Made by a program: the position numbers and the translations under genes. Shown in pieces: positions 40,855-51,163 of a stretch of DNA of 64,000 bases. The stretch spans positions 106,578,001 to 106,642,000 of the forward strand of contig OX597817.1 in assembly GCA_951406725.2 (NCBI GenBank). Reading direction: 5' to 3'. Source of the DNA: Octopus vulgaris. Taxonomy: Eukaryota. Every line of letters starts with the position of its first letter. Position 1 is the stretch's first letter. The notes under the pieces are model-generated. The model did no database searches. It was not told where the DNA came from and saw nothing but the letters and a program-made list of their open reading frames with translations.

Positions 40855-43037
40855 CAACAGGCTTCTTTCAGTTTCCGTCTACCAAATCCACTCACAAGGC
40901 ATTGGTCGGCCCGGGGCTATAGCAGAAGACACTTGCCCAAGATGCCACGCAGTGAGACAACCCGGAACCATGTGGTTGGTTAACAAGCTACTTACCACAC
41001 AGCCACTCCTGCGCCTATTTGATATTTTTTAATATTTTCCACCTAAGTAAGAAAAACCCAATAAGTTCGCCAGTTCTTTTGTTCTTTTACTGAAAGTTCT
41101 AGGCATGAATCTAACAAAAAAAAAGTGACTTTTGTCTTTTCCTTTCTGTAGCACTAGAATTCACCTGTTATTGATCTCTTCTCATCTGCCCACAGAAATT
41201 TTTGCTCTGAGCAAGTTAGCATGACTAATTGCAAAAGTTGCATACAGTACTTTAGTATTAGCAGTTATCAATTGTCTTAAACATCTACAAGAGACCTGTT
41301 TCTGTCTGTCTATCATACTCTTACCTCTCATAACCAGCCACAAAGACGCTTCCTTCAATACTACTCCCACCTCAGTTGAGGATGGTGGGGTTCATGTCTT
41401 GCAAGTTATCTGATAACTACATAAAAAAAAACCTATCAAGCACAATCTGTAAAGTGGTTGGCATTAGGAAGGGCATCAAGCCGTAGAAACCATACCAAAA
41501 GCAGAAAGCAAAGTCTGGTACAGTCTTCTGGCTTGCCAGCTCTTGTCAAACCGCTCAACCCAAACCAGCATGGAAAATGGACGTTAAATGATAATGAGAA
41601 GCACAAGACAAGCTTTCTTGACTCAGAATATTTGTCCTGAAATCCAAGGCAGTCATTCACACGTTGCACAGTTAATAAAAAAAAAAAAGTATAAAGTAAT
41701 ACTATGGATTTATTTTAAAAATGTATCATTGATTTTTCAGCGATTGTCGGCTGCATTATTATTATTATTATCATAATTATTATTAACAATTACAAAAAAA
41801 AAAAAATGCTGAAGTCAGCCCGTCTAATGTTTATAAACACATAAAACAGATTTCCTTGGGTTTCAACGATGACAGCTATTTCACTGAATTAGCATGTAAG
41901 CGGTTGAGTAATTCTACAGACACGCGTAATCCTTAACGCAATTCTCAGGCAGAATCAGCGTGACAAAACTGGACCTTTAAATTACAGGTATAAGCCATTG
42001 GACAGCTTTCCACATTATACCTGTCCTCGATTTCCTTCACAGGGCTTGCTTCGGCTAAAAGCAATGGTAAAAAAACACTCAAAACACCACGCAATGGAGT
42101 GGAACCTGGGACCTCTTGATTACATAAGAATTATGAGTACCAATTTATTTTTACAGTTCGCTTGGGGAGTCGATAAGAAAACATCTGCGCAGTCTTAAAG
42201 ATGTAAAATTTCCCCTTAAAACACCCTCCAGTCTTAAAAAAAAATAAAACAAAAACATCAGATGATGTCTACAATCAATAGCACGGTTGGACCTGCGGTC
42301 CACTGGATCAAATCTGACCTTGGACTAAACGACAATACTTCGCCGTCTCATTGCTAATAAGGAAAGAGAAATTAACGTAATCGTAACACACCCCGCAATA
42401 TATATATATATATATAAGCAATAAATATATTTACGCATTAAGTCATAAAAACAATATCACTATGTTTCTAACATACCGTGATAGAGGAAATACAAATTCG
42501 TTTACACCGCCATAGTAACATGCTGACAAATTTTCTGTTTTATGCTCTAAATTTATCGTTACCCTGTTACGACCACTTACTAATGCTTTTATTTTCTGAT
42601 CGAAACCAACCGCTCCTCATAATTTCAATATGTAAAAGACAGATCAATAATTTTTTTTTATATTTTTCACAAAGGACTGAAGCACCGAAACACGTGTAAT
42701 GTTTTTAATACCCATTAATTATAATATATTATAATGAACTTAACTTTTATTAATGCTTTTCTTCCAATATGATAAAGTTTTCACATGTTTCTTTATAGCA
42801 TAAACACTGCATTAATATGACAACAATCGCTAGAGTTACTAATATCGTTGTACTCAACTAATTAAAAACAAGAGCAGCGAAGCTATTCACGTTAAAAATA
42901 AGAGTGCAAATTAAAAATTAGACGAGTTCATAACCAGAAAACAAAGTTAACTTACCTGTTTCGGCCACAACAGCTGATGCTGACGAAAGTAAATATTTAA
43001 AAGCGAATTCGTTATATTTCTTGCCATCTTTCACCAT
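13340..43037 (-). CDS. SLC25A27: Mitochondrial uncoupling protein 4 (SLC25 carrier), 10 coding exons, 936 nt, 311 aa
   Basis: Exons 43037-42956, 33786-33667, 27459-27397, 25444-25360, 22635-22513, 22352-22240, 19571-19487, 17760-17671, 15333-15231 and 13411-13340 splice GT-AG in phase. Three carrier signatures ([30 protein letters not shown]), the UCP4-typical [21 protein letters not shown] and a C-terminal [16 protein letters not shown]. Confidence 0.95.
13655..14000 (+). mobile_element. SINE family A copy in the last UCP4 intron
   Basis: cttcccaac..gggttcagtcc..ggcaagtgtcttct..gactgaaacaagtaaaaga. Confidence 0.75.
15231..15333 (-). CDS. SLC25A27: UCP4 coding exon 9 ([34 protein letters not shown])
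   Basis: tacag| acceptor, |gtatgt donor, 103 nt. Confidence 0.95.
16688..16969 (+). mobile_element. Young, CpG-rich tRNA-derived SINE with a 12-bp TSD
   Basis: A box tggcctagtgg, B box ggtttcgattcc, tail of gtgatga-like repeats; TSD ataagtaaatat at 16676-16687 and 16970-16981. Confidence 0.85.
17671..17760 (-). CDS. SLC25A27: UCP4 coding exon 8 ([30 protein letters not shown])
   Basis: ttcag| acceptor, |gtaagc donor, 90 nt. Confidence 0.95.
19487..19571 (-). CDS. SLC25A27: UCP4 coding exon 7 ([29 protein letters not shown])
   Basis: gttag| acceptor, |gtaaat donor, 85 nt. Confidence 0.95.
22240..22352 (-). CDS. SLC25A27: UCP4 coding exon 6 ([37 protein letters not shown])
   Basis: tgcag| acceptor, |gtacaa donor, 113 nt. 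Confidence 0.95.
22513..22635 (-). CDS. SLC25A27: UCP4 coding exon 5 ([41 protein letters not shown])
   Basis: ccttag| acceptor, |gttaga donor, 123 nt. Confidence 0.95.
23353..23456 (+). ncRNA. Type I hammerhead ribozyme motif with intact core
   Basis: taac-CTGAAGA-gtggctatattta...taaatatagccat-GAAAC-acgt-GTC-atta; 13-bp stem II; palindromic ACACGTGT stem III; predicted cleavage after C23452. Confidence 0.75.
24676..25078 (-). mobile_element. SINE family A copy
   Basis: Near-full-length match to the reverse complement of 39601-39993. Confidence 0.85.
25360..25444 (-). CDS. SLC25A27: UCP4 coding exon 4 ([29 protein letters not shown])
   Basis: ttttag| acceptor, |gtaatt donor, 85 nt. Confidence 0.95.
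25813..26765 (+). mobile_element. 5'-truncated RTE (BovB-like) LINE 3' end with three C2H2 zinc fingers
   Basis: [22 protein letters not shown]...[22 protein letters not shown], then after a frameshift CTVC..HLRMH, CIVC..HFKIH and CNLC..YISCH; (TATG)n at both ends. Confidence 0.85.
27397..27459 (-). CDS. SLC25A27: UCP4 coding exon 3 ([21 protein letters not shown])
   Basis: cag| acceptor, |gtaagc donor, 63 nt. Confidence 0.95.
27998..28273 (+). mobile_element. Small non-autonomous Penelope-like element with a 35-bp inverted terminal segment, next to (TA)n
   Basis: 27998-28032 is the reverse complement of 28239-28273 (1 mismatch); encloses the hammerhead at 28155-28242. Confidence 0.65.
28155..28242 (+). 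ncRNA. Type I hammerhead ribozyme motif with intact core, in a small Penelope-like element
   Basis: tgtgg-CTGAAGA-ttgct...agcat-GAAAC-aatt-GTA-ctaca; stem I tgtgg/ctaca; long interrupted stem II; palindromic ACAATTGT. Confidence 0.75.
28519..28737. mobile_element. Tc1/mariner-derived MITE
   Basis: Imperfect TIRs ggggtgctgaaaagttcctggcttt / aaagccaggaactttccaggaccc, adjacent to (TA)n. Confidence 0.7.
29168..29260 (-). ncRNA. Type I hammerhead ribozyme motif with intact core, sense to the UCP4 pre-mRNA
   Basis: Minus strand: gtgg-CTGAAGA-aggcttt...tatatcaat/attgatata...aaagccc-GAAAC-atat-GTA-ccgc; palindromic ACATATGT. Confidence 0.75.
29860..31085. repeat. ~1.2-kb compound (TA)/(TACA)/(CA) microsatellite with higher-order units
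   Basis: Directly visible; a tatgaatatatgtaaatatataca unit recurs three times near 30825-31020. Confidence 0.95.
31090..31507 (+). mobile_element. RTE 3'-UTR-related short element (family B) with a (GAT)n tail
   Basis: gtgccggtggcac.taaaaagcacc modules, ggcgttaggaagggcatccagc, ccaacccatgctagcatggaaa, (gat)n. Related fragments near 12660, 15460, 16095, 17400, 21530, 36490, 38810, 41430, 44340 and 45105. Confidence 0.8.
32093..32490 (+). mobile_element. SINE family A copy
   Basis: Head ggcatagctgtatggtaagaa..ggttcagtccc through the tail gactgaaacatgtaaaagaat. Confidence 0.8.
32530..33500 (+). mobile_element. SINE family A copy containing a minisatellite expansion and a nested second SINE (~33121-33360)
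   Basis: Family A 5' half, 21-bp array, tRNA-SINE related to 16688-16969 (gaaggctaaaacaatgc..acatctgatagcctgg), then the family A 3' half. Confidence 0.75.
32756..33120 (+). repeat. 21-bp minisatellite (TTGTTTATACATCCCCATAAC) x16, plus 1 further unit
   Basis: 336 nt of head-to-tail units at 32756-33091 and one more unit at 33101-33120. Confidence 0.95.
33667..33786 (-). CDS. SLC25A27: UCP4 coding exon 2 ([17 protein letters not shown]...[11 protein letters not shown])
   Basis: tag| acceptor, |gtaagt donor, 120 nt, carrier signature 1. Confidence 0.95.
34698..34770. repeat. (TA)n(GA)n microsatellite
   Basis: Directly visible. Confidence 0.95.
35521..35843 (+). repeat. 25-bp minisatellite (GACTTGTGTTAAATTACACATCTGA) x~13
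   Basis: Head-to-tail units with no spacers; internal TGTGT/ACACA dyad. Confidence 0.95.
39601..39993 (+). mobile_element. Abundant tRNA-derived SINE family A (internal TA/TG microsatellite, AAAGAGTA-like tail)
   Basis: B-box-like ggttcagtccc, then ggcaagtgtcttct..gtgagtggatttggtagacggaa..gactgaaacaagtaaaagag; at least 10 related copies in the window. Confidence 0.85.
40221..41016 (-). mobile_element. SINE family A copy, interrupted by a hammerhead-bearing insert (~40460-40830)
   Basis: Reverse complement closely matches 39601-39993; the insert lies in the internal (TA)n. Confidence 0.85.
40703..40737 (+). ncRNA. Minimal hammerhead-like motif (U4 replaced by C)
   Basis: gttt-CCGACGA-a-GAGC-tcc-GCTC-GAAAC-GTC-atac; lies in a ~370-nt insert within a SINE microsatellite. 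Confidence 0.55.
42956..43037 (-). CDS. SLC25A27: UCP4 coding exon 1 ([27 protein letters not shown])
   Basis: ATG at 43037-43035; donor G|gtaag; phase 1. Confidence 0.9.
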
Positions 43038-43170
43038 CACAGCAACTTTAAGCAAATTTTTCCTTGCTAGGTAACAGGGTCCCACTAACTACACAGAATT
43101 AAAAATTTCACCACTGAAAAAACTGATCTACAACAACCATACATTCCTTCCCCACCCCTGATGTCTTAAC

Positions 43171-43232
43171 TATATTTATAAGTAAATATTTTATTTTATT
43201 TTTTTATTTTTATGTTAGAAATCTATTGGCTC
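43171..43232 (-). promoter_or_regulatory. Putative UCP4 core promoter: TATA-like TATAAATATA (43180-43171) and CCAAT box (43229-43225)
   Basis: Minus-strand gagCCAATag about 50 nt upstream of a TATA-like box, which is about 135 nt upstream of the ATG. Confidence 0.45.
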
Positions 43233-43376
43233 CTCAGTATATCTGCTCGCACTATATTTTTAACTTAAGAAATTGTCTAATAACTACAATGTTGTTATTA
43301 ATTTAAGCTACTACCGTAGCAACTGTAGTGAATCGTAATGGATTGATGATTTTATTAAAGAATATATATTAGAAGC

Positions 43377-43454
43377 GATACTACTTAAATACAGAGATCC
43401 CATTGGGTTAGTTTTAGGGTCAGTTTTTAGGGACCTCTGTATTTAAGTAGTACC
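43377..43454. mobile_element. 78-bp palindromic MITE with an 8-bp TSD (possibly Merlin-type)
   Basis: Arms tactacttaaatacagagatccc / gggacctctgtatttaagtagta; flanks ttagaagc (43369-43376) and ttagaagt (43455-43462). Confidence 0.7.
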
Positions 43455-43462
43455 TTAGAAGT

Positions 43463-43834
43463 GGCCATGCTGGGGCACCGCCTAGCAGAATTTTAGTCGA
43501 CACCAGTATTTGTTTTTGTATTTTTTTTAACCTGGCTCTTATTTTATCGGTCTGTTGTGCCGCCCCGCTAAGTTACGGGACGTAAACATACCGGCACTAT
43601 TTGTCAAGCGGTGGTAGAAGGACAAAGACACACTCACACATATATGTATACATACATATATAAATATATATACGACACGCCTCTTTCAGTTTCCGCCTAC
43701 CAAATCCACTTACAAGGCTTTTGTCAGCCCGAGGCAATAACAGAAGGCACTTGCCCAAGATACCGCGTAATGGGACTGAACAGGAACCATGTGGTTGGGA
43801 AGCAAAGTTCTTACCATACCACCACACCTCTGCC
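43463..43834 (-). mobile_element. SINE family A copy upstream of UCP4
   Basis: Reverse complement carries the family A diagnostic blocks. Confidence 0.75.
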
Positions 43835-45424
43835 TTCACTGGTCAGTTTACGCAGTACCAGCATGGGTGCATTTACACAACACTGGCACAGGTGCTTTTT
43901 ATGCGGCAAGCCTGTATGTATGGAAGACAACGATTTTCCTTAACTTGACGCATCTTTTCAAGTGCAGCAAATCCCCACATCTCCTATCTCCGATCACTTG
44001 TCTTAGTTGCCTGCTTATGATCTCTATCTATTTCTCATAACAAAAACTTTGTTAGACTGCTCCCTCGGAGTATGGAGTCATTATTTCTCGTTTTATCAAC
44101 TCTAGTGTTTCTAGATTTTCATTTTTACATTTTCTTCTCACTGTCATTTCTAACAATATACTCCTCTGCAAATAACACTTCTCTTTACTCACTCCTTAAT
44201 CTTTTACAAAAGCTTCCTTCACATACAATTTTGATACCACTCACCAAACTTGCTCTGCTACCTTAAACAGAGGCCTCAAAATCATCTTACAATGGTAGAT
44301 AGATGACATTTCCCGACATATATGGCAACATATGAGCATTCATGCTGGTACCATATTAAAAGCAATGATACTGGTGCCATATAAAAAGCACCCAGTACAC
44401 TCTGTGGAGTGGTTGGCATTAGGAAAGCTATCGAGTCATAGAAACCATGCCAGAACAGACAATGGTGCTTTGTGCAGCCCCTGACCTTACCAGCTCTGGC
44501 CAAACAGTCCAACCCATGCCAGTATGGAAAATGGACGTTAAATAATGATGATGATTCTTTTTTGGAATGTTGGATCTTGAAGCAGATAAGCTATGAATAA
44601 TTGCATGTAAATATTGGGTTTAAAACCCTTTAGCTTGAAGTTTATAAAAAAATTCTTATGAAAGTTATAGTTCATATTTCTCATTTCTATTGAGGATTAT
44701 TCGCTCTGATAGACAACTATGACTAATCATAGTAGGCCAAGAAAAACTAATTCTATGTTAGTATGTGCAGACATGCATGAGAGAGAGAGAGTGTGTGTGT
44801 GTGTGTGTTTATGTATTTATATATTTTATATCTTTTGGAAGGAACTGGATCGTGAAATTTGGACTGTGTCTAGTTGTTACCCTTCATCTCATACGTAAAT
44901 GTCAACAAACTGTAAAGACTCATCATAAATAGCTACTAAGTCATGAAGTCACAAGACAGTCAACTGTTTTAAGTGTACCCACACTTTACAAAAGTAGGTG
45001 AGCAGTACAACCAACCATCATTATAAATATGTTACTGCTCTAATTTTTAGAGTGTGCTTCTTTTTTTCAGATGTATGAACTACTGCTGAGTATGTGAAAA
45101 ACAACATTCAAGTGTGGTCGTTGCCAGTGCCGCCGGACTGGCTCCCATGCAGGTAGCACATAAAAACACCTTTTGAGCATGAGCATGGTCGTTGCCAGAA
45201 CTGCCTGACTGGCCCTCATGCCAGTGGCATGTAAAAAGCACCCACTACACTCTCGGAGTGGTTAGCATTAGTCAGGGCATCCAGCTGTAGAAACTTTGCC
45301 AGACCAGATTGGGCCTGGTGCAGCCACTGGCTCACCAGTCCTCAGTCAAACTATCCAACCCATGCCAGCATAGTAAGCAGACATTAAATGATGATGATAT
45401 ATATATATGTGTGTGTGTATGTAT

Positions 45425-47460
45425 ATCATACCCAATGACTGGTGTAGCAGCACCATAGTCAACTGCTACAAAGGTAAAGATGACACTTTAGTTACAAATA
45501 ATTACAGAGGTATCAAGTTGTTGGATCAGGTAATGAAGGTTACAGAGAGGGCCATTGCCCAACTAATTAGGGAGAGAGTCAGTTTAGATGATATGCTGTT
45601 TGGGTTTGTGCCAAGGAAAAGCACCACTGATGCTATATTTCTGGTAAGACAGCTGGAGGAGAAATACCTAGCCAAAGATAAACCTCTGTACCTGGCTTTC
45701 GTTGACATGGAGAAAGCCTTTGATAGGGTCCCCCAATCCCTTATCTGGTGGTCAATGAGGAAACTAGGGATAGATGAATGGTTAGTGAGAGCTCTGCAAG
45801 CCATGTACAGGGACGCTGTCAGTAAGGTGAGGGTTGGCAATGAGTACAGTGAAGAATTCCAGGTAGAGGTAGGGGTCCACCAAGGTTCAGTCCTCAGCCC
45901 CCTACTATTTATCATAGTCCTCCAGGCAATAACAGAGGAATTTAAGACAGGATGCCTCTGGGAGCTCCTCTATGCTGACAACCTTGCTCTAATTGCTGAG
46001 TCACTATCAGAACTAGAGGAGCAGTTTCAGGTGTGGAAAAAAGGATTAGAATCAAAGGACCTTAGAGTCAACCTAGCTAAAACCTAAGTCCTAATAAGTA
46101 GGAAGGCAGACAAACCACAAATCCCTTCAGGTAGATGGCCCCGCTCGACCTGTAGAAAAAGCGTAGGTAGAAACTCTATAAGATGTACCCAGTGTAAGTT
46201 ATGGACACATAAGTGGTGCAGCAATATCAAAGGAAGGCTAACTGGGAAGATAGTTTTTGCATGTGGCAGATACTCAGGAGCAATAAACACTGAAAATGTG
46301 CAGAGAACAACTTCCACCACATTCCAGGGAGAAAAACTAGAAGTAGTTGATAGCTTCCATTACCTAGGTGACCAAGTCAGTAGCGGGGGAGGGTGCACTG
46401 AAAGTGTAGCTGCTAGAATAAGAATAGCCTGGGCAAAGTTCAGAGAGCTCTTACCTCTACTAGTGACAAAGGGCCTCTCACTCAGAGTAAAAGGTAGACT
46501 GTATGATGCATGTGTATGAACAGCCATGCTACATGGCAGTGAAACATGGGCTGTGACTGCTGAAGACATGCGTAAGCTCGCAAGGAATGAAGCCAGTATG
46601 CTCCGATGGATGTGTAATATGTCAGTGTGCATACTTGACAGAGTGTAAGTACCTTGAGAGAAAAGTTGGACCTAAGAAGAATCAGATGTGATGTGCAAGA
46701 GAGACACCTGTGCTGGTATAGTCATGTGGCGAGAATGAATGAGGATAGCTGTGTGAAAAAGTGCTACACCCTAGCGGTTGAGGGAACCTGTGGAAGAGGT
46801 AGACCCAGGAAGACTTGGGATGAGGTGGTGAAGCATGACCTTTGAACATTAGGCCTCACCGAGGCAATGACTAGTGACCGAAACCTTTGGAAATATGCTG
46901 TGCTTGAGAAGACCTGGCAAGCCAAGTGAGACCATAACCCTTGGCCTATGCCAAGGGTGTAACCAGCCCACTTATGCGTACCTTTCCTTCCGAAGACCTG
47001 TTGAGTCAAGTGAAATCAAAATCGAAATCAAATTCAATGACTGGCATCCATGCTAGTGGAGCGCTAAGAGCACCATCCGAGCATGATCATTGCCAGAGCA
47101 GCTGACTGGCTTCCGTGCCAGTGGCTTGTAAAAAACACCATTCAAGTGTGATTGTTACCAGCATTGCCTTACTGGCATGTGAAAAAACATTCAAGTGAGG
47201 TCATTGCCAGTGCTGCTGGACTGGCTCCTGTACAGGTGGCACGTAAAAAACACCATTTGCCAGTACCGTCTGATTGGCACGTAAAAGCACCCATTACACT
47301 CACAGAGTGGTTGGTGTTAGGAAGGGTATCCAGCTGTAGAAACTCTGCCAGATCAGATTGGAGCCTGGTGCAGCCATCTGGTTCACCAGTCTTCAGTCAA
47401 ATCTTCCAACCCATGCTAGCATGGAAAGTGGACGTTAATAACAATAATGATGATGATGCT
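45425..47460 (+). mobile_element. 5'-truncated RTE-clade LINE (RT, PHD-like insert, modular 3' UTR, (GAT)n-like tail)
   Basis: NYRGIKLLD, FVDMEKAFDRV, GVHQGSVLSPLLF, LYADNL, YLGD, HGSETWA; stop at 46085-46087 and later frameshifts. Confidence 0.92.
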
Positions 47461-48914
47461 GACAGTTATATATATAATACACTGATATATTTGGATAAGT
47501 GTCCTCATCTTGGTTATTGTAACCTTCAGCCTTCTTCAGGTGTCCGTTGTATTTGGTATCATTTTCAGAATTCCAAAACAAACCCTTTATGAAATCCAGT
47601 GGTATATCTTTTCTCATTCTATTATTCTTACCAGGAATATTCTATTCCCTATTCTTCCTCTTGTGTTATTGTTGTTCATTCTACTTGAACTAGTGTTTTT
47701 ATCATTATCCACTAGCTAAAATACCACACTTAACACTTAATGCTTATGATCACTATCCCATTTTCTCATAGAACACATATTTAATAAAAATTAGGGGCTT
47801 TAAATCTAACTTCTGCTTATGGTTGTAGGTTTAATGTTCTTTCTTAATCAAATACCAGCATATGCACTAGTTCTTTCAATTGTCTTATCTTCCAGTGTTG
47901 CTTTCTATTTATTATCTTAAAAATTGTTTCATAAGAGTTGATGACTTGTCTTTGCCTTCCACAAATGCTCAGTCTTGCATGATGATTCTGTCTCCCCACA
48001 GAATATATGGCTGAGTGGTTAGGGTGTTTTACTGATGATCACAAAATTGATCATCCAGACTGGGTGGTGCATTGTATTCTTGAGTAAAACACTTCATTTC
48101 ATATTGCTCCACTTCACTCAGTTGTAAACCCTATGATTGACTGGCATCCTTTTCAGAAGGAATGTTGTGATTTCCGTCACTTATACATTATGGAAACCAG
48201 GTAACTGGTCTTATGAGTCCTAAGAGTCAAGACAGTAATATCCATTCTCCACAGTTTATAGCTTTACAATGCTCTTCTTTATATTCATTGCAATAATTGC
48301 CTAGAATGGAATAGACACAGTTCTTGGGTATGATCCCTTCTAGTAGAGGCTTTGTTCTGGACAGATGTCCACAAAGAGTAGACCTACTTATGAATACTGT
48401 ACTGATGTTGCATGGACCAAAGATCTGAATTTTTTTCAACATATCTTTAATATAAAGTAGAGAGATTGTGGCAATTTTTTGACATTCTCTACATTTCTGT
48501 TCTTGGAAGCTATGCTTGTAAGGTAGTTGCTACTCTGAAGAACTTTTCTACTGATAATCATCTTCTGTTGGTATATATCTAAATTGTCACTTATGAGTTG
48601 TTATGAATTTGAAGATTATCCCACTCTTTATTCTGTATAGATGGTTGAAATTAAAGTGCAAACATTGTCCAGTGAGTATGGGTTTACAATGTAAGGATGA
48701 TGTAAATCTCCATCGTCATCATAGCTGTTGTTGTTTAACATTCATTTTCTGTGATGGCGTGGGTTGAACAGTTTGACTGGAGCTGACAAGTCATAAGACT
48801 GCACAAAGCTCTACTGTCTGCTTTGGCATGGTTTCTACACCTGGATGTAGAAACTATATGAGTTTCAAATTTAATATCTTTGTGTCTTTTAGGTAGCATT
48901 TTGGGTGTTGTGCC

Positions 48915-50790
48915 AAGAGCACCTATTTTTTACTAACCGTATTCTCCTGTAGCACTCTTTTCTAATCTTCTCTTTCATTGCTGAATGTTTTATGCCATAA
49001 CTATCATCTATGCCAAGGTATTTATATGCTTCTTCTTGGTCCAGTGCTCGGATTCTTGCTTCTGTATCTACGTGGATATCCACAGAACATTGCCAGTTTG
49101 CCTCTTATGAAAGTGGCTTTCGCACAATTCTCTAGTCCAAACTGCATCCTGATATCATCACTGAACTTTTTAACTGTAGCAAGTAGACCTCCTTGTTGTT
49201 CGTCATTTTTTGAGTACATTTTCAGATCATCCATGTAGAACAGATGACTCCCTTTTTTCTTCTTGATCTCATATCTATACCCGGTTTTGTTGAGCATGGT
49301 ACTTAATGGTGCCAGTGCCAAGCAGAATATTAAGGGTGACAGCGAGTCCCCTTGGAAGATACCACTTTTGATTGGTCTGCTTGTTATTGATCCACTGGAA
49401 TGGTTCAGCGTCAACATAGTTTCCCATGTATTCATGCTGTGTTTCATAAACTTGATGAGAGTTGGGGATACTTTGTATACTTCCATCACTTTCAGAATCC
49501 ATGAGTGAGGTACACTATCGAATGCCTTTTTATAGTCAATCCATGATATGCTCAAGTTCGTTTTCCTGGTTTTGCAGTCTGCAAGGATCATTTTGTTTAT
49601 CAGCAATTGGTCCTTGCATCCATAGCTCCCTCTTCGACAACCGTTTTGTTCTGGTGGTAGTAGGTTGTTTTCTTCTAGAAATGTGTATGTTCTTTCAGTG
49701 ATAACAGATGTTAATATTTTATACATTGTTGGTCGACAGGTGATTGGTCTATAGTTCTTTGGGTTTTCTGTGTCATTTGTTTTTAGTATTAGGTATGTTA
49801 CTCCCTGTGTCAACCAGTCTGGGCTATTTTCTGGGTTTTTCATGACTTCGTTGTATGCTGATTACATATCTCCATGTATATCAACTAGCTGTTTGATTCA
49901 GAAGTTTGGTACTCAATCTATTCCCGATTACTTCCAATTGCTGGCCTTTTTCAGGGCCAGGATGACCTCCTCCTTTTGAATATCTTTCCATTCCTGTACT
50001 TCTTTATTTTCCAGGAGTGTTTCTTGTTCCTTAATCCATTCTGCATCTTCATTATGTTGTTTTTCATTTTCCCATATCGTACTCCAGAAATTTTCCATAT
50101 CCTCTTTCTTTGGTGGTTGCTCAACATTTATTTGTTTACTGAGTTTCCTTTAAAATTTCTTTCCATCTTCTTTAAATAATTTGTTTTGTCTAAATTGTTT
50201 GCTTCTCTTTATATATCATGACAATCGTTGTGCCTTTGCTTGGATTTTTTGCTTTAGGTATTTCATTTTTTTGTTTGATCCCATGCTTTTGGCATATTTT
50301 CTTGGCTTTTCTTTGGTTGACCTGGTTTCCGTTACTTATTTCGGTCAGTATTGATAGGTCACCTCTCATGCATTGGATATCCTTTTCTAAGTTTTCTTTC
50401 CATTTTGGTTGTCTTTTCTTCTGGTGAGCAGTTTTCTTTTTTAGTTTTATGCCTTTTGCTTCAATAATAGTTGCAGCTGTAGCAAAGGCTAGTTGGTTTA
50501 GCGATGTTATATTTAGTGGTTCTATTGTTGTTGATTTTATCTCATCTATTACATTATTGCCAATTTTAATCAACACCTTCAGGTTCTTATCCATACTGAC
50601 TTTTGGTAGGGGCTCTCTGTCTGTGGTGTCTTGTGCTTTTACCTGTTCCCATTTTCTCTGTATTTCTTCTTTTAGTTCCAAATATTTCTCCTTATCCATG
50701 TCACTTTTTTGTGCTGCTGATTGTTTAACAGGTTCTTCTATCACATTATCCACAGAGGGCTGGCTTTTGCACATTTCTCTAGTCCACACA
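48915..50790 (-). mobile_element. R4/Dong-type (RLE-clade) non-LTR retrotransposon fragment
   Basis: PDWLTQGVTYLILK..NYRPITC..EQNGCRRGSYGCKDQLLINK..WIDYKKAFDSVPHSW..GIFQGDSLSPL..HLFYMDDLK, with an upstream QPKWKENLEKDIQCMRGDLS segment; frameshifted. Confidence 0.85.
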
Positions 50791-51163
50791 TACGACGGTC
50801 TTCTTTCAGTTTCCATCTACCAAATCCACTCACAAAGCTTTGGTCAGCCTGAGGCTATAGTAGAAGATACTTGCCCAAGGTGCCATGTAGTGGGACTGAA
50901 CCAGAACCATGTGGTTGGTAAGCAAGCTACTTACCACACAGCCACTCAAGATTGAAAAATCTCTTATACTGATTTGTTCTCTCATTTATACGATGCTATT
51001 TTTGCTGCAACTCACTATCTAACATTTATTTAGCAATTATTACCAATATATAACCTATTACTCACTGGACAAGTTTTATACCAATATTAGTAATTATATG
51101 AGATTCAGTCTGTTGAGATATTTTGGAAGAATAACATGTAATAACCTAACAATATGTCTTTTC

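Noticed and set aside
42517-42705. Possible further hammerhead (aacat..CTGACAA ... GAAAC-acgt-GTA-atgtt)
   Set aside because: The 3' half and stem I look right, but the core is mutated and I could not form a convincing stem II over about 160 nt
47490-47545. CTGAAGAAGGCTG half-hammerhead on the minus strand
   Set aside because: The GAAA half is missing; at most a deleted relic
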